Shown here: positions 12,592-25,461 of the stretch, piece after piece
How the letters are laid out: each line of letters starts with the position of its first letter
Position numbering within the stretch: position 1 is the first letter of the stretch
Assembly: GCA_032718475.1 (NCBI GenBank)
Contig: JAUCBJ010003608.1
Coordinates: forward strand, 7,403-71,402
Direction of reading: 5' to 3'
Length of the DNA: 64,000 bases
Source of the DNA: Nemertoderma westbladi
Lineage: Eukaryota; Animalia; Xenacoelomorpha
Program-made: the position numbers and the translations under genes
Notes under the pieces: generated by a model
Database searches by the model: none
The model's input: only the letters and a program-made list of their open reading frames with translations
Told to the model about the DNA's origin: nothing

Positions 12592-13161
12592 GCTGAAACA
12601 CGTGAGATTGTTGCTGAAACATTGTTGCTGAAACACGTGAGATTGTTGCTGAAACACGTGAGATTGTTGCTGAAACACGTGAGATTGTTGCTGAAACACG
12701 TGAGATTGTTGCTAAAACACGTGCGATTGTTGCTGAAACACGTGAGATTGTTGCTGAAACACGTGAGATTGTTGCTGAAACACGTGAGATTGTTGCTGAA
12801 ACACGTGAGATTGTTGCTGAACTGAAACACGTGAGATTGTTGCTGAAACACTTGAGATTGTTGCTGAAACACGTGAGATTGTTGCTGAAACACGTGAGAT
12901 TGTTGCTGAAACATGTGAGATTGTTGCTGAACTGAAACACGTGAGATTGTTGCTGAAACACGTGCGATTGTTGCTGAAACACGTGAGATTGTTGCTGAAA
13001 CACGTGAGATTGTTGCTGAAACACGTGAGATTGTTGCTGAAACACGTGAGATTGTTGCTGAAACACGTGAGATTGTTGCTGAAACACGTGAGATTGTTGC
13101 TGAAACACGTGAGATTGTTGCTGAAACACGTGAGATTGTTGCTGAAACACGTGAGATTGTT
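12592..13161. repeat. 21-bp minisatellite containing a CACGTG E-box, about 27 copies
   Basis: Unit GCTGAAACACGTGAGATTGTT. Confidence 0.97.
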
Positions 13162-13520
13162 TTGCCCACGGATTGGTTAGAATACACGCCAAACTTCGAT
13201 TTAAGTTCTTAAGTTGGTGAAAAAATTTATTTTGATAAATGTATATAGTCCTGAGACTGAGAGCGCCAATGATTATTGGTGAATCTTCTTGAAAACATAC
13301 AGAGGTGTACGAAATTTGGCATGTTGTCTGTGATATTCCACACTAATGTTACAATTATGTGTGTCTGTTACAAGTGATTGCCGCACTATTGTCTTTTATC
13401 AAGTTTGTTAACGATTCTAGCCATTATAAATATATTTCAATAAGTACGTGCGTGCCCTAAGTCACCGATGCATAGATGCCGGTAAGGTTACAGTTAGACC
13501 GGTCAGTGACAAAAAAAGTC

Positions 13521-13706
13521 TAGGTTTGGCTTATATTTCGAACTACAGTTCTTATTCAAAAGCCTACTGACTCTGTTTAAGTAGCAAGAAATGAAGTAAA
13601 TAATAAATAAATCTCTGTAATGAATGTGTTAATTTCTTGCTACTTAAACAGAGTCAGGGCGGGGCTTTTGAATAAGAATTGTAGTTCGAAATATAAGCCA
13701 AACCTA
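13521..13706. mobile_element. Fold-back MITE-like palindrome
   Basis: Inverted arms of about 70 bp: taggtttggcttatatttcgaactaca...aagtagcaagaaat and atttcttgctactt...tgtagttcgaaatataagccaaaccta. Confidence 0.7.
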
Positions 13707-14315
13707 CACTCTATAATAAATACTTCGAAATTTCGAAATATAAGCCAAATCATGTTCATTGCATTCTATTTATTTTGAACAGGGTTAACCTGTTGGTTCG
13801 TTTAAAGCCAGCTTGCCGCAGTTCTAGTTAAAGAAGAGTAGTTATTATAACTATAAGCTAGTAAGTCAGTTGTGAGTATTAATAAACAGGTAATTAATTT
13901 ATATTATTGCTATTTTATACCATAGATGACGTAGGCTGGTTTTATCATGATTATAATGGTGCAGTTTACTCTATTGTTTGATGTAATAGTCACCTTTTTT
14001 TAAATTATGTTTAAAGCCACAGTACATTATAAATCTATAATTAATTTTCAATTGCATTTTATTTTAAATATTATTCGAGCGTAACAATTATGTATATTAA
14101 TCATTATATTTTTACATAGGGAGTGTAGCTATTCCATTATTGAATATTTAAATGTGAATGAAGACTTTAATAATATCTAACGGATATGTATAGTAAAACA
14201 GCACAATATTTTTTAAAATAAATAAATATAAATAAGCAGACCTATAATAATCATTTTAATCAATTATTAAAATATTAAATAAATAAATGGATCTACGGGT
14301 CCAATTTGAGTGCCT

Positions 14316-17300
14316 ACAGATGGAACGCCAGGTGCAGGTCGGATCCATGCGAGGGGACACTGGCTGCAGATGGAACGCCAGGTGCAGGTCGGATCCATGC
14401 GAGGGGACACTGGCTGCAGATGGAACGCCAGGTGCAGGTCGGATCCATGCGAGGGGACACTGGCTGCAGATGGAACGCCAGGTGCAGGTCGGATCCATGC
14501 GAGGGGACACTGGCTGCAGATGGAACGCCAGGTGCAGGTCGGATCCATGCGAGGGGACACTGGCTGCAGATGGAACGCCAGGTGCAGGTCGGATCCATGC
14601 GAGGGGACACTGGCTGCAGATGGAACGCCAGGTGCAGGTCGGATCCATGCGAGGGGACACTGGCTGCAGATGGAACGCCAGGTGCAGGTCGGATCCATGC
14701 GAGGGGACACTGGCTGCAGATGGAACGCCAGGTGCAGGTCGGATCCATGCGAGGGGACACTGGCTGCAGATGGAACGCCAGGTGCAGGTCGGATCCATGC
14801 GAGGGGACACTGGCTGCAGATGGAACGCCAGGTGCAGGTCGGATCCATGCGAGGGGACACTGGCTGCAGATGGAACGCCAGGTGCAGGTCGGATCCATGC
14901 GAGGGGACACTGGCTGCAGATGGAACGCCAGGTGCAGGTCGGATCCATGCGAGGGGACACTGGCTGCAGATGGAACGCCAGGTGCAGGTCGGATCCATGC
15001 GAGGGGACACTGGCTGCAGATGGAACGCCAGGTGCAGGTCGGATCCATGCGAGGGGACACTGGCTGCAGATGGAACGCCAGGTGCAGGTCGGATCCATGC
15101 GAGGGGACACTGGCTGCAGATGGAACGCCAGGTGCAGGTCGGATCCATGCGAGGGGACACTGGCTGCAGATGGAACGCCAGGTGCAGGTCGGATCCATGC
15201 GAGGGGACACTGGCTGCAGATGGAACGCCAGGTGCAGGTCGGATCCATGCGAGGGGACACTGGCTGCAGATGGAACGCCAGGTGCAGGTCGGATCCATGC
15301 GAGGGGACACTGGCTGCAGATGGAACGCCAGGTGCAGGTCGGATCCATGCGAGGGGACACTGGCTGCAGATGGAACGCCAGGTGCAGGTCGGATCCATGC
15401 GAGGGGACACTGGCTGCAGATGGAACGCCAGGTGCAGGTCGGATCCATGCGAGGGGACACTGGCTGCAGATGGAACGCCAGGTGCAGGTCGGATCCATGC
15501 GAGGGGACACTGGCTGCAGATGGAACGCCAGGTGCAGGTCGGATCCATGCGAGGGGACACTGGCTGCAGATGGAACGCCAGGTGCAGGTCGGATCCATGC
15601 GAGGGGACACTGGCTGCAGATGGAACGCCAGGTGCAGGTCGGATCCATGCGAGGGGACACTGGCTGCAGATGGAACGCCAGGTGCAGGTCGGATCCATGC
15701 GAGGGGACACTGGCTGCAGATGGAACGCCAGGTGCAGGTCGGATCCATGCGAGGGGACACTGGCTGCAGATGGAACGCCAGGTGCAGGTCGGATCCATGC
15801 GAGGGGACACTGGCTGCAGATGGAACGCCAGGTGCAGGTCGGATCCATGCGAGGGGACACTGGCTGCAGATGGAACGCCAGGTGCAGGTCGGATCCATGC
15901 GAGGGGACACTGGCTGCAGATGGAACGCCAGGTGCAGGTCGGATCCATGCGAGGGGACACTGGCTGCAGATGGAACGCCAGGTGCAGGTCGGATCCATGC
16001 GAGGGGACACTGGCTGCAGATGGAACGCCAGGTGCAGGTCGGATCCATGCGAGGGGACACTGGCTGCAGATGGAACGCCAGGTGCAGGTCGGATCCATGC
16101 GAGGGGACACTGGCTGCAGATGGAACGCCAGGTGCAGGTCGGATCCATGCGAGGGGACACTGGCTGCAGATGGAACGCCAGGTGCAGGTCGGATCCATGC
16201 GAGGGGACACTGGCTGCAGATGGAACGCCAGGTGCAGGTCGGATCCATGCGAGGGGACACTGGCTGCAGATGGAACGCCAGGTGCAGGTCGGATCCATGC
16301 GAGGGGACACTGGCTGCAGATGGAACGCCAGGTGCAGGTCGGATCCATGCGAGGGGACACTGGCTGCAGATGGAACGCCAGGTGCAGGTCGGATCCATGC
16401 GAGGGGACATTGGGTGCAGATGGAACGCCAGGTGCAGGTCGGATCCATGCGAGGGGACACTGGCTGCAGATGGAACGCCAGGTGCAGGTCGGATCCATGC
16501 GAGGGGACACTGGCTGCAGATGGAACGCCAGGTGCAGGTCGGATCCATGCGAGGGGACACTGGCTGCAGATGGAACGCCAGGTGCAGGTCGGATCCATGC
16601 GAGGGGACACTGGCTGCAGATGGAACGCCAGGTGCAGGTCGGATCCATGCGAGGGGACACTGGCTGCAGATGGAACGCCAGGTGCAGGTCGGATCCATGC
16701 GAGGGGACACTGGCTGCAGATGGAACGCCAGGTGCAGGTCGGATCCATGCGAGGGGACACTGGCTGCAGATGGAACGCCAGGTGCAGGTCGGATCCATGC
16801 GAGGGGACACTGGCTGCAGATGGAACGCCAGGTGCAGGTCGGATCCATGCGAGGGGACACTGGCTGCAGATGGAACGCCAGGTGCAGGTCGGATCCATGC
16901 GAGGGGACACTGGCTGCAGATGGAACGCCAGGTGCAGGTCGGATCCATGCGAGGGGACACTGGCTGCAGATGGAACGCCAGGTGCAGGTCGGATCCATGC
17001 GAGGGGACACTGGCTGCAGATGGAACGCCAGGTGCAGGTCGGATCCATGCGAGGGGACACTGGCTGCAGATGGAACGCCAGGTGCAGGTCGGATCCATGC
17101 GAGGGGACACTGGCTGCAGATGGAACGCCAGGTGCAGGTCGGATCCATGCGAGGGGACACTGGCTGCAGATGGAACGCCAGGTGCAGGTCGGATCCATGC
17201 GAGGGGACACTGGCTGCAGATGGAACGCCAGGTGCAGGTCGGATCCATGCGAGGGGACACTGGCTGCAGATGGAACGCCAGGTGCAGGTCGGATCCATGC

Positions 17301-17548
17301 GAGGGGACACTGGCTGCAGATGGAACGCCAGGTGCAGGTCGGATCCATGCGAGGGGACACTGGCTGCAGATGGAACGCCAGGTGCAGGTCGGATCCATGC
17401 GAGGGGACACTGGCTGCAGATGGAACGCCAGGTGCAGGTCGGATCCATGCGAGGGGACACTGGCTGCAGATGGAACGCCAGGTGCAGGTCGGATCCATGC
17501 GAGGGGACACTGGCTGCAGATGGAACGCCAGGTGCAGGTCGGATCCAT
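14316..17548. repeat. Near-perfect 50-bp GC-rich tandem array, about 65 copies
   Basis: Unit CAGATGGAACGCCAGGTGCAGGTCGGATCCATGCGAGGGGACACTGGCTG. Only one variant unit seen (two substitutions at 16410 and 16414). Confidence 0.99.
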
Positions 17549-20500
17549 AAATATGGTAGAGATATAAATAAATAGGGTAGAGATAAATAAATATGGTAGA
17601 GATATAAATAAATAGGGTAGCGATATAAATAAATAGGGTAGAGATATAAATAAATAGGGTAGAGATATAAATAAATAGAGTAGAGATATAAATAAATAGG
17701 GTAGAGATATAAATAAATAGGGTAGCGATATAAATAAATAGGGTAGAGATATAAATAAATATGGTAGAGATATAAATAAATAGAGTAGAGATATAAATAA
17801 ATAGGGTAGAGATATAAATAAATAGAGTAGAGATATAAATAAATAGGGTAGAGATATAAATAAATAGGGTAGAGATATAAATAAATAGGGTAGAGATATA
17901 AATAAATAGGGTACAGATATAAATAAATAGAGTAGAGATATAAATAAATAGGGTAGAGATATAAATAAATAGAGTAGAGATATAAATAAATAGGGTAGAG
18001 ATATAAATAAATATGGTAGAGATATAAATAAATAGGGTAGAGATATAAATAAATAGGGTAGAGATATAAATAAATAGGGTAGAGATATAAATAAATAGGG
18101 TAGAGATATAAATAAATAGGGTAGAGATATAAATAAATAGGGTAGAGATATAAATAAATAGAGTAGAGATATAAATAAATAGGGTAGAGATATAAATAAA
18201 TAGGGTAGAGATATAAATAATATTATATGGTAGAGATATAAATAAATAGGGTAGAGATATAAATAAATAGGGTAGAGATATAAATAAATAGGGTAGAGAT
18301 ATAAATAAATAGGGTAGAGATATAAATAAATAGGGTAGAGATATAAATAAATAGGGTAGAGATATAAATAAATAGGGTAGAGATATAAATAAATAGGGTA
18401 GATATATAAATAAATAGGGTAGAGATATAAATAAATAGGGTAGAGATATAAATAAATAGGGTAGAGATATAAATAAATAGGGTAGAGATATAAATAAATA
18501 GGGTAGAGATATAAATAATATTATATGGTAGATATATAAATAAATAGGGTAGAGATATAAATAAATAGGGTAGAGATATAAATAAATAGGGTAGAGATAT
18601 AAATAAATAGGGTAGAGATATAAATAAATATGGTAGAGATATAAATAAATAGGGTAGAGATATAAATAAATAGGGTAGAGATATAAATAAATAGGGTAGC
18701 GATATAAATAAATAGGGTAGCGATATAAATAAATATGGTAGAGATATAAATAAATAGGGTAGAGATATAAATAAATAGGGTAGAGATATAAATAAATAGG
18801 GTAGAGATATAAATAAATAGGGTAGCGATATAAATAAATATGGTAGAGATATAAATAAATAGGGTAGAGATATAAATAAATATGGTAGAGATATAAATAA
18901 ATAGGGTAGAGATATAAATAAATAGGGTAGAGATATAAATAAATAGGGTAGAGATATAAATAAATATGGTAGAGATATAAATAAATAGGGTAGAGATATA
19001 AATAAATAGGGTAGAGATATAAATAAATAGGGTAGAGATATAAATAAATAGGGTAGCGATATAAATAAATAGGGTAGCGATATAAATAAATATGGTAGAG
19101 ATATAAATAAATAGGGTAGAGATATAAATAAATAGGGTAGAGATATAAATAAATAGGGTAGCGATATAAATAAATAGGGTAGCGATATAAATAAATATGG
19201 TAGAGATATAAATAAATAGGGTAGAGATATAAATAAATAGGGTAGAGATATAAATAAATAGGGTAGAGATATAAATAAATAGGGTAGCGATATAAATAAA
19301 TAGGGTAGCGATATAAATAAATATGGTAGAGATATAAATAAATAGGGTAGAGATATAAATAAATAGGGTAGAGATATAAATAAATAGGGTAGAGATATAA
19401 ATAAATAGGGTAGCGATATAAATAAATAGGGTAGCGATATAAATAAATAGGGTAGAGATATAAATAAATAGGGTAGCGATATAAATAAATAGGGTAGCGA
19501 TATAAATAAATAGGGTAGAGATATAAATAAATAGGGTAGAGATATAAATAAATAGGGTAGAGATATAAATAAATAGGGTAGAGATATAAATAAATAGGGT
19601 AGAGATATAAATAAATAGGGTAGAGATATAAATAAATAGGGTAGCGATATAAATAAATAGGGTAGCGATATAAATAAATATGGTAGAGATATAAATAAAT
19701 AGGGTAGAGATATAAATAAATAGGGTAGAGATATAAATAAATAGGGTAGCGATATAAATAAATAGGGTAGCGATATAAATAAATATGGTAGAGATATAAA
19801 TAAATAGGGTAGAGATATAAATAAATAGGGTAGAGATATAAATAAATAGGGTAGAGATATAAATAAATAGGGTAGCGATATAAATAAATAGGGTAGCGAT
19901 ATAAATAAATATGGTAGAGATATAAATAAATAGGGTAGAGATATAAATAAATAGGGTAGAGATATAAATAAATAGGGTAGAGATATAAATAAATAGGGTA
20001 GCGATATAAATAAATAGGGTAGCGATATAAATAAATATGGTAGAGATATAAATAAATAGGGTAGAGATATAAATAAATAGGGTAGAGATATAAATAAATA
20101 GGGTAGAGATATAAATAAATAGGGTAGCGATATAAATAAATATGGTAGAGATATAAATAAATAGGGTAGAGATATAAATAAATAGGGTAGAGATATAAAT
20201 AAATAGGGTAGAGATATAAATAAATAGGGTAGCGATATAAATAAATAGGGTAGCGATATAAATAAATATGGTAGAGATATAAATAAATAGGGTAGAGATA
20301 TAAATAAATAGGGTAGAGATATAAATAAATAGGGTAGAGATATAAATAAATAGGGTAGCGATATAAATAAATAGGGTAGCGATATAAATAAATATGGTAG
20401 AGATATAAATAAATAGGGTAGAGATATAAATAAATAGGGTAGAGATATAAATAAATAGGGTAGAGATATAAATAAATAGGGTAGAGATATAAATAAATAG

Positions 20501-22872
20501 GGTAGAGATATAAATAAATAGGGTAGCGATATAAATAAATAGGGTAGCGATATAAATAAATAGGGTAGAGATATAAATAAATAGGGTAGAGATATAAATA
20601 AATAGGGTAGAGATATAAATAAATAGGGTAGAGATATAAATAAATAGGGTAGAGATATAAATAATATTATATGGTAGATATATAAATAATATTATATGGT
20701 AGATATATAAATAAATAGGGTAGAGATATAAATAAATAGGGTAGAGATATAAATAAATAGGGTAGAGATATAAATAAATAGGGTAGAGATATAAATAAAT
20801 AGGGTAGAGATATAAATAAATAGGGTAGAGATATAAATAAATAGGGTAGAGATATAAATAAATAGGGTAGAGATATAAATAAATAGGGTAGAGATATAAA
20901 TAAATAGGGTAGAGATATAAATAATATTATATGGTAGATATATAAATAATATTATATGGTAGATATATAAATAAATAGGGTAGAGATATAAATAAATAGG
21001 GTAGAGATATAAATAAATAGGGTAGAGATATAAATAAATAGGGTAGAGATATAAATAATATTATATGGTAGATATATAAATAAATAGGGTAGAGATATAA
21101 ATAAATAGGGTAGAGATATAAATAAATAGGGTAGAGATATAAATAATATTATATGGTAGATATATAAATAATATTATATGGTAGATATATAAATAAATAG
21201 GGTAGAGATATAAATAAATAGGGTAGAGATATAAATAAATAGGGTAGAGATATAAATAAATAGGGTAGAGATATAAATAAATAGGGTAGAGATATAAATA
21301 AATAGGGTAGAGATATAAATAAATAGGGTAGAGATATAAATAAATAGAGTAGAGATATAAATAATATTATATGGTAGATATATAAATAATATTATATGGT
21401 AGATATATAAATAAATAGGGTAGAGATATAAATAAATAGGGTAGAGATATAAATAAATAGGGTAGAGATATAAATAAATAGGGTAGAGATATAAATAAAT
21501 AGGGTAGAGATATAAATAAATAGGGTAGAGATATAAATAAATAGGGTAGAGATATAAATAAATATGGTAGTGATATAAATAAATAGGGTAGAGATATAAA
21601 TAAATAGGGTAGAGATATAAATAAATAGGGTAGAGATATAAATAAATAGGGTAGAGATATAAATAAATAGGGTAGAGATATAAATAAATAGGGTAGAGAT
21701 ATAAATAAATAGGGTAGAGATATAAATAAATAGGGTAGAGATATAAATAAATAGGGTAGAGATATAAATAAATAGGGTAGAGATATAAATAAATAGAGTA
21801 GAGATATAAATAAATAGGGTAGAGATATAAATAAATATGGTAGAGATATAAATAAATAGAGTAGAGATATAAATAAATAGGGTAGAGATATAAATAATAT
21901 TATATGGTAGATATATAAATAAATAGGGTAGAGATATAAATAAATAGGGTAGAGATATAAATAAATAGGGTAGAGATATAAATAAATAGGGTAGAGATAT
22001 AAATAAATAGGGTAGAGATATAAATAAATAGGGTAGAGATATAAATAATATTATATGGTAGATATATAAATAAATAGGGTAGAGATATAAATAAATAGGG
22101 TAGAGATATAAATAAATAGGGTAGAGATATAAATAAATAGGGTAGAGATATAAATAAATAGGGTAGAGATATAAATAAATAGGGTAGAGATATAAATAAT
22201 ATTATATGGTAGAGATATAAATAAATAGGGTAGAGATATAAATAAATATGGTAGTGATATAAATAAATAGGGTAGAGATATAAATAAATAGGGTAGAGAT
22301 ATAAATAAATAGGGTAGAGATATAAATAAATAGGGTAGTGATATAAATAAATAGGGTAGAGATATAAATAAATAGGGTAGAGATATAAATAAATAGGGTA
22401 GAGATATAAATAAATAGGGTAGAGATATAAATAAATAGAGTAGAGATATAAATAAATAGGGTAGAGATATAAATAAATAGGGTAGAGATATAAATAAATA
22501 GGGTAGAGATATAAATAAATAGGGTAGAGATATAAATAAATAGGGTAGAGATATAAATAAATAGGGTAGAGATATAAATAAATAGGGTAGAGATATAAAT
22601 AAATAGGGTAGAGATATAAATAAATAGGGTAGAGATATAAATAAATAGGGTAGATATATAAATAAATATGGTAGTGATATAAATAAATAGGGTAGAGATA
22701 TAAATAAATAGGGTAGAGATATAAATAAATAGGGTAGAGATATAAATAAATAGGGTAGAGATATAAATAAATAGGGTAGATATATAAATAAATAGGGTAG
22801 AGATATAAATAAATAGGGTAGAGATATAAATAAATAGGGTAGATATATAAATAAATAGGGTAGAGATATAAA
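17547..22872. repeat. 21-bp AT-rich minisatellite, about 250 copies
   Basis: Unit ATAAATAAATAGGGTAGAGAT, with recurrent variants (ATGG, GCGAT, 25-bp AATATTAT form). Confidence 0.98.
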
Positions 22873-23066
22873 TTACCAAATCAGGGAAAGGAGCAGGTTA
22901 CAGAGACGGGACTTTCTAACCAAAACAATAAACGGTAACTTTACCGAATCAGGGAAAGGAACAGGTTACAGAGGCGGGATTTTCTAACCAAAATAATAAA
23001 CAGTCACTTTACTAAATGAAGGAAATACTAGGTACCGGCATGCTGTGTACGAAAGTAATAAGAGGG

Positions 23067-24420
23067 CATTTTTCTGACTGTTATCCAATAAGAGTTTCGT
23101 ATTACATTTTCTGAATGTTATCCAATAAGAGTTTCGTATTACATTTTTCTGACTGTTATCCAATAAGTGTTTCTTATTACATTTTTCTGAATGTTATCCA
23201 ATAAGAGTTTCGTATTACATTTTTCTGACTGTTATCCAATAAGAGTTTCGTATTACATTTTTCTGACTGTTATCCAATAAGAGTTTTGTATTACATTTTT
23301 CTGACTGTTATCCAATAAGAGTTTCGTATTACATTTTTCTGACTGTTATCCAATAAGAGTTTCGTATTACATTTTTCTGACTGTTATCCAATAAGAGTTT
23401 TGTATTACATTTTTCTGACTGTTATCCAATAAGAGTTTCGTATTACATTTTTCTGACTGTTATCCAATAAGAGTTTCGTATTACATTTTTCTGACTGTTA
23501 TCCAATAAGTGTTTCTTATTACATTTTTCTGAATGTTATCCAATAAGAGTTTCGTATTACATTTTTCTGACTGTTATCCAATAAGAGTTTCGTATTACAT
23601 TTTTCTGACTGTTATCCAATAAGAGTTTTGTATTACATTTTTCTGACTGTTATCCAATAAGAGTTTCGTATTACATTTTTCTGACTGTTATCCAATAAGA
23701 GTTTCGTATTACATTTTTCTGACTGTTATCCAATAAGTGTTTCTTATTACATTTTTCTGAATGTTATCCAATAAGAGTTTCGTATTACATTTTTCTGACT
23801 GTTATCCAATAAGTGTTTCTTATTACATTTTTCTGAATGTTATCCAATAAGAGTTTCGTATTACATTTTTCTGACTGTTATCCAATAAGAGTTTCGTATT
23901 ACATTTTTCTGACTGTTATCCAATAAGAGTTTTGTATTACATTTTTCTGACTGTTATCCAATAAGAGTTTCGTATTACATTTTTCTGACTGTTATCCAAT
24001 AAGAGTTTCGTATTACATTTTTCTGACTGTTATCCAATAAGAGTTTCGTATTACATTTTTCTGACTGTTATCCAATAAGAGTTTCGTATTACATTTTTCT
24101 GACTGTTATCCAATAAGAGTTTCGTATTACATTTTTCTGACTGTTATCCTTCGTATTACATTTTTCTGACTGTTATCCAATAAGAGTTTCGTATTACATT
24201 TTTCTGACTGTTATCCAATAAGAGTTTCGTATTACATTTTTCTGACTGTTATCCAATAAGAGTTTCGTATTACATTTTTCTGACTGTTATCCAATAAGAG
24301 TTTCGTATTACATTTTTCTGACTGTTATCCAATAAGAGTTTCGTATTACATTTTTCTGACTGTTATCCAATAAGAGTTTCGTATTACATTTTTCTGACTG
24401 TTATCCAATAAGGGTTTCGA
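23067..24420. repeat. 38-bp minisatellite, about 35 copies
   Basis: Unit TTATCCAATAAGAGTTTCGTATTACATTTTTCTGACTG. Confidence 0.98.
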
Positions 24421-24735
24421 AAACGCTAAACTTATGTTCCGAATCATATTATTATTTATTGCAAAATAATCAAATTACGACGTATTATATTTATATAACT
24501 GTAACATATTTATATACAATATAACTGTATATAATAATTTAATTAATATTAACTGTTGTTTTGCTGCACAATCGAAATAAAGAAAGGCAGCAGTGAGGAT
24601 AAAAGCGTACATATTAATAGAGTTTCGTTGAATTATTTAGAAATTCAATTGGAAAAAAAATTAAGAAAAAAATTAAGAGATATTATAAAGTAACAAAATT
24701 CCTATTGATGTTTTATTTATTCCAACTGAATAAGT

Positions 24736-25461
24736 TTACGGTTTCCCTTTCATAGCTATCCCTTTCTTATTAAAGTCACTGAAAGCATTGATAGTCCGGG
24801 TTGGTTGGCTTCTGCTTGTTGATTGGCCGGCTGGTAGGATAGGTCTGCCCGTTGATTGGGCAGCTTTCGCGCGCCTCAGAGCTTCGTTCCGTGCGTTAGC
24901 ACTAAGTTTATTAGCCAATCCAGCGAGGCCTTTACCCCCTCCCCCACTGGACAGTAAATCTTTACCGATACCCAGAACACTCTTAGGCGAAGGAGGCGGG
25001 GCAAACAGACTCGAACCGACAAATGTCGGTGAGTCGGCTTTGCATACCAAGTTGTCCGATTTACTAACAGAGGCAGTTTTATTAATCGAAGTGTCCGATT
25101 TAACGGATGTACTTTCGGTTTTAGGTGGAATGTTTTTAGACTTAGTGGTCACTCCCGTATTACCTGTTGGGTCGTCAAACATCGATATCAGTTTGAGACC
25201 ACCGCGTTCTTTACTTTGTTTACTTTGCACCGGAGGACCACTGGTGGATTTAACTACGTGAGTGGTCTGTTTAGCACCGGTTGTAGCCAGAGTAGAGGTC
25301 GCGTTACTAGGTGACGATTTACTACGTGATTGTGTAACCCGGGGCAACAAGGTTTTCGAAGCGTGATTTAGTTGCGCCCCTCTGTGGTTCTTATTGGAAT
25401 AGGAAGAGGCCAGTCCAGCGAGACCCATCCCACTGCCATTGTTACCACTTTGCGTTGTAAA
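24736..25461 (-). CDS. INTS12: INTS12 terminal coding exon 7 (Ser/Thr/Lys-rich tail)
   Basis: Acceptor tttattttatttcag|TTT, in frame with the 230-aa ORF. TAA stop, with AATAAA just downstream (about 24712-24721). Confidence 0.8.
   Translation of the reverse strand, partial: FTTQSGNNGSGMGLAGLASSYSNKNHRGAQLNHASKTLLPRVTQSRSKSSPSNATSTLATTGAKQTTHVVKSTSGPPVQSKQSKERGGLKLISMFDDPTGNTGVTTKSKNIPPKTESTSVKSDTSINKTASVSKSDNLVCKADSPTFVGSSLFAPPPSPKSVLGIGKDLLSSGGGGKGLAGLANKLSANARNEALRRAKAAQSTGRPILPAGQSTSRSQPTRTINAFSDFNKKGIAMKGKP

Noticed and set aside
10769-13192. Many short repetitive ORFs (HGSLWPTDHCASW, QQQSHVF, LLLKHVR)
   Set aside because: Minisatellite translations with no domain signal and frequent frame-breaking indels.
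14316-17548. Hammerhead or other self-cleaving ribozyme satellite
   Set aside because: No CTGANGA/GAAA core on either strand of the 50-mer, and no other ribozyme consensus recognised.
22202-22879. 225-aa (FIYISTL)n ORF
   Set aside because: Reverse strand of the 21-bp satellite.
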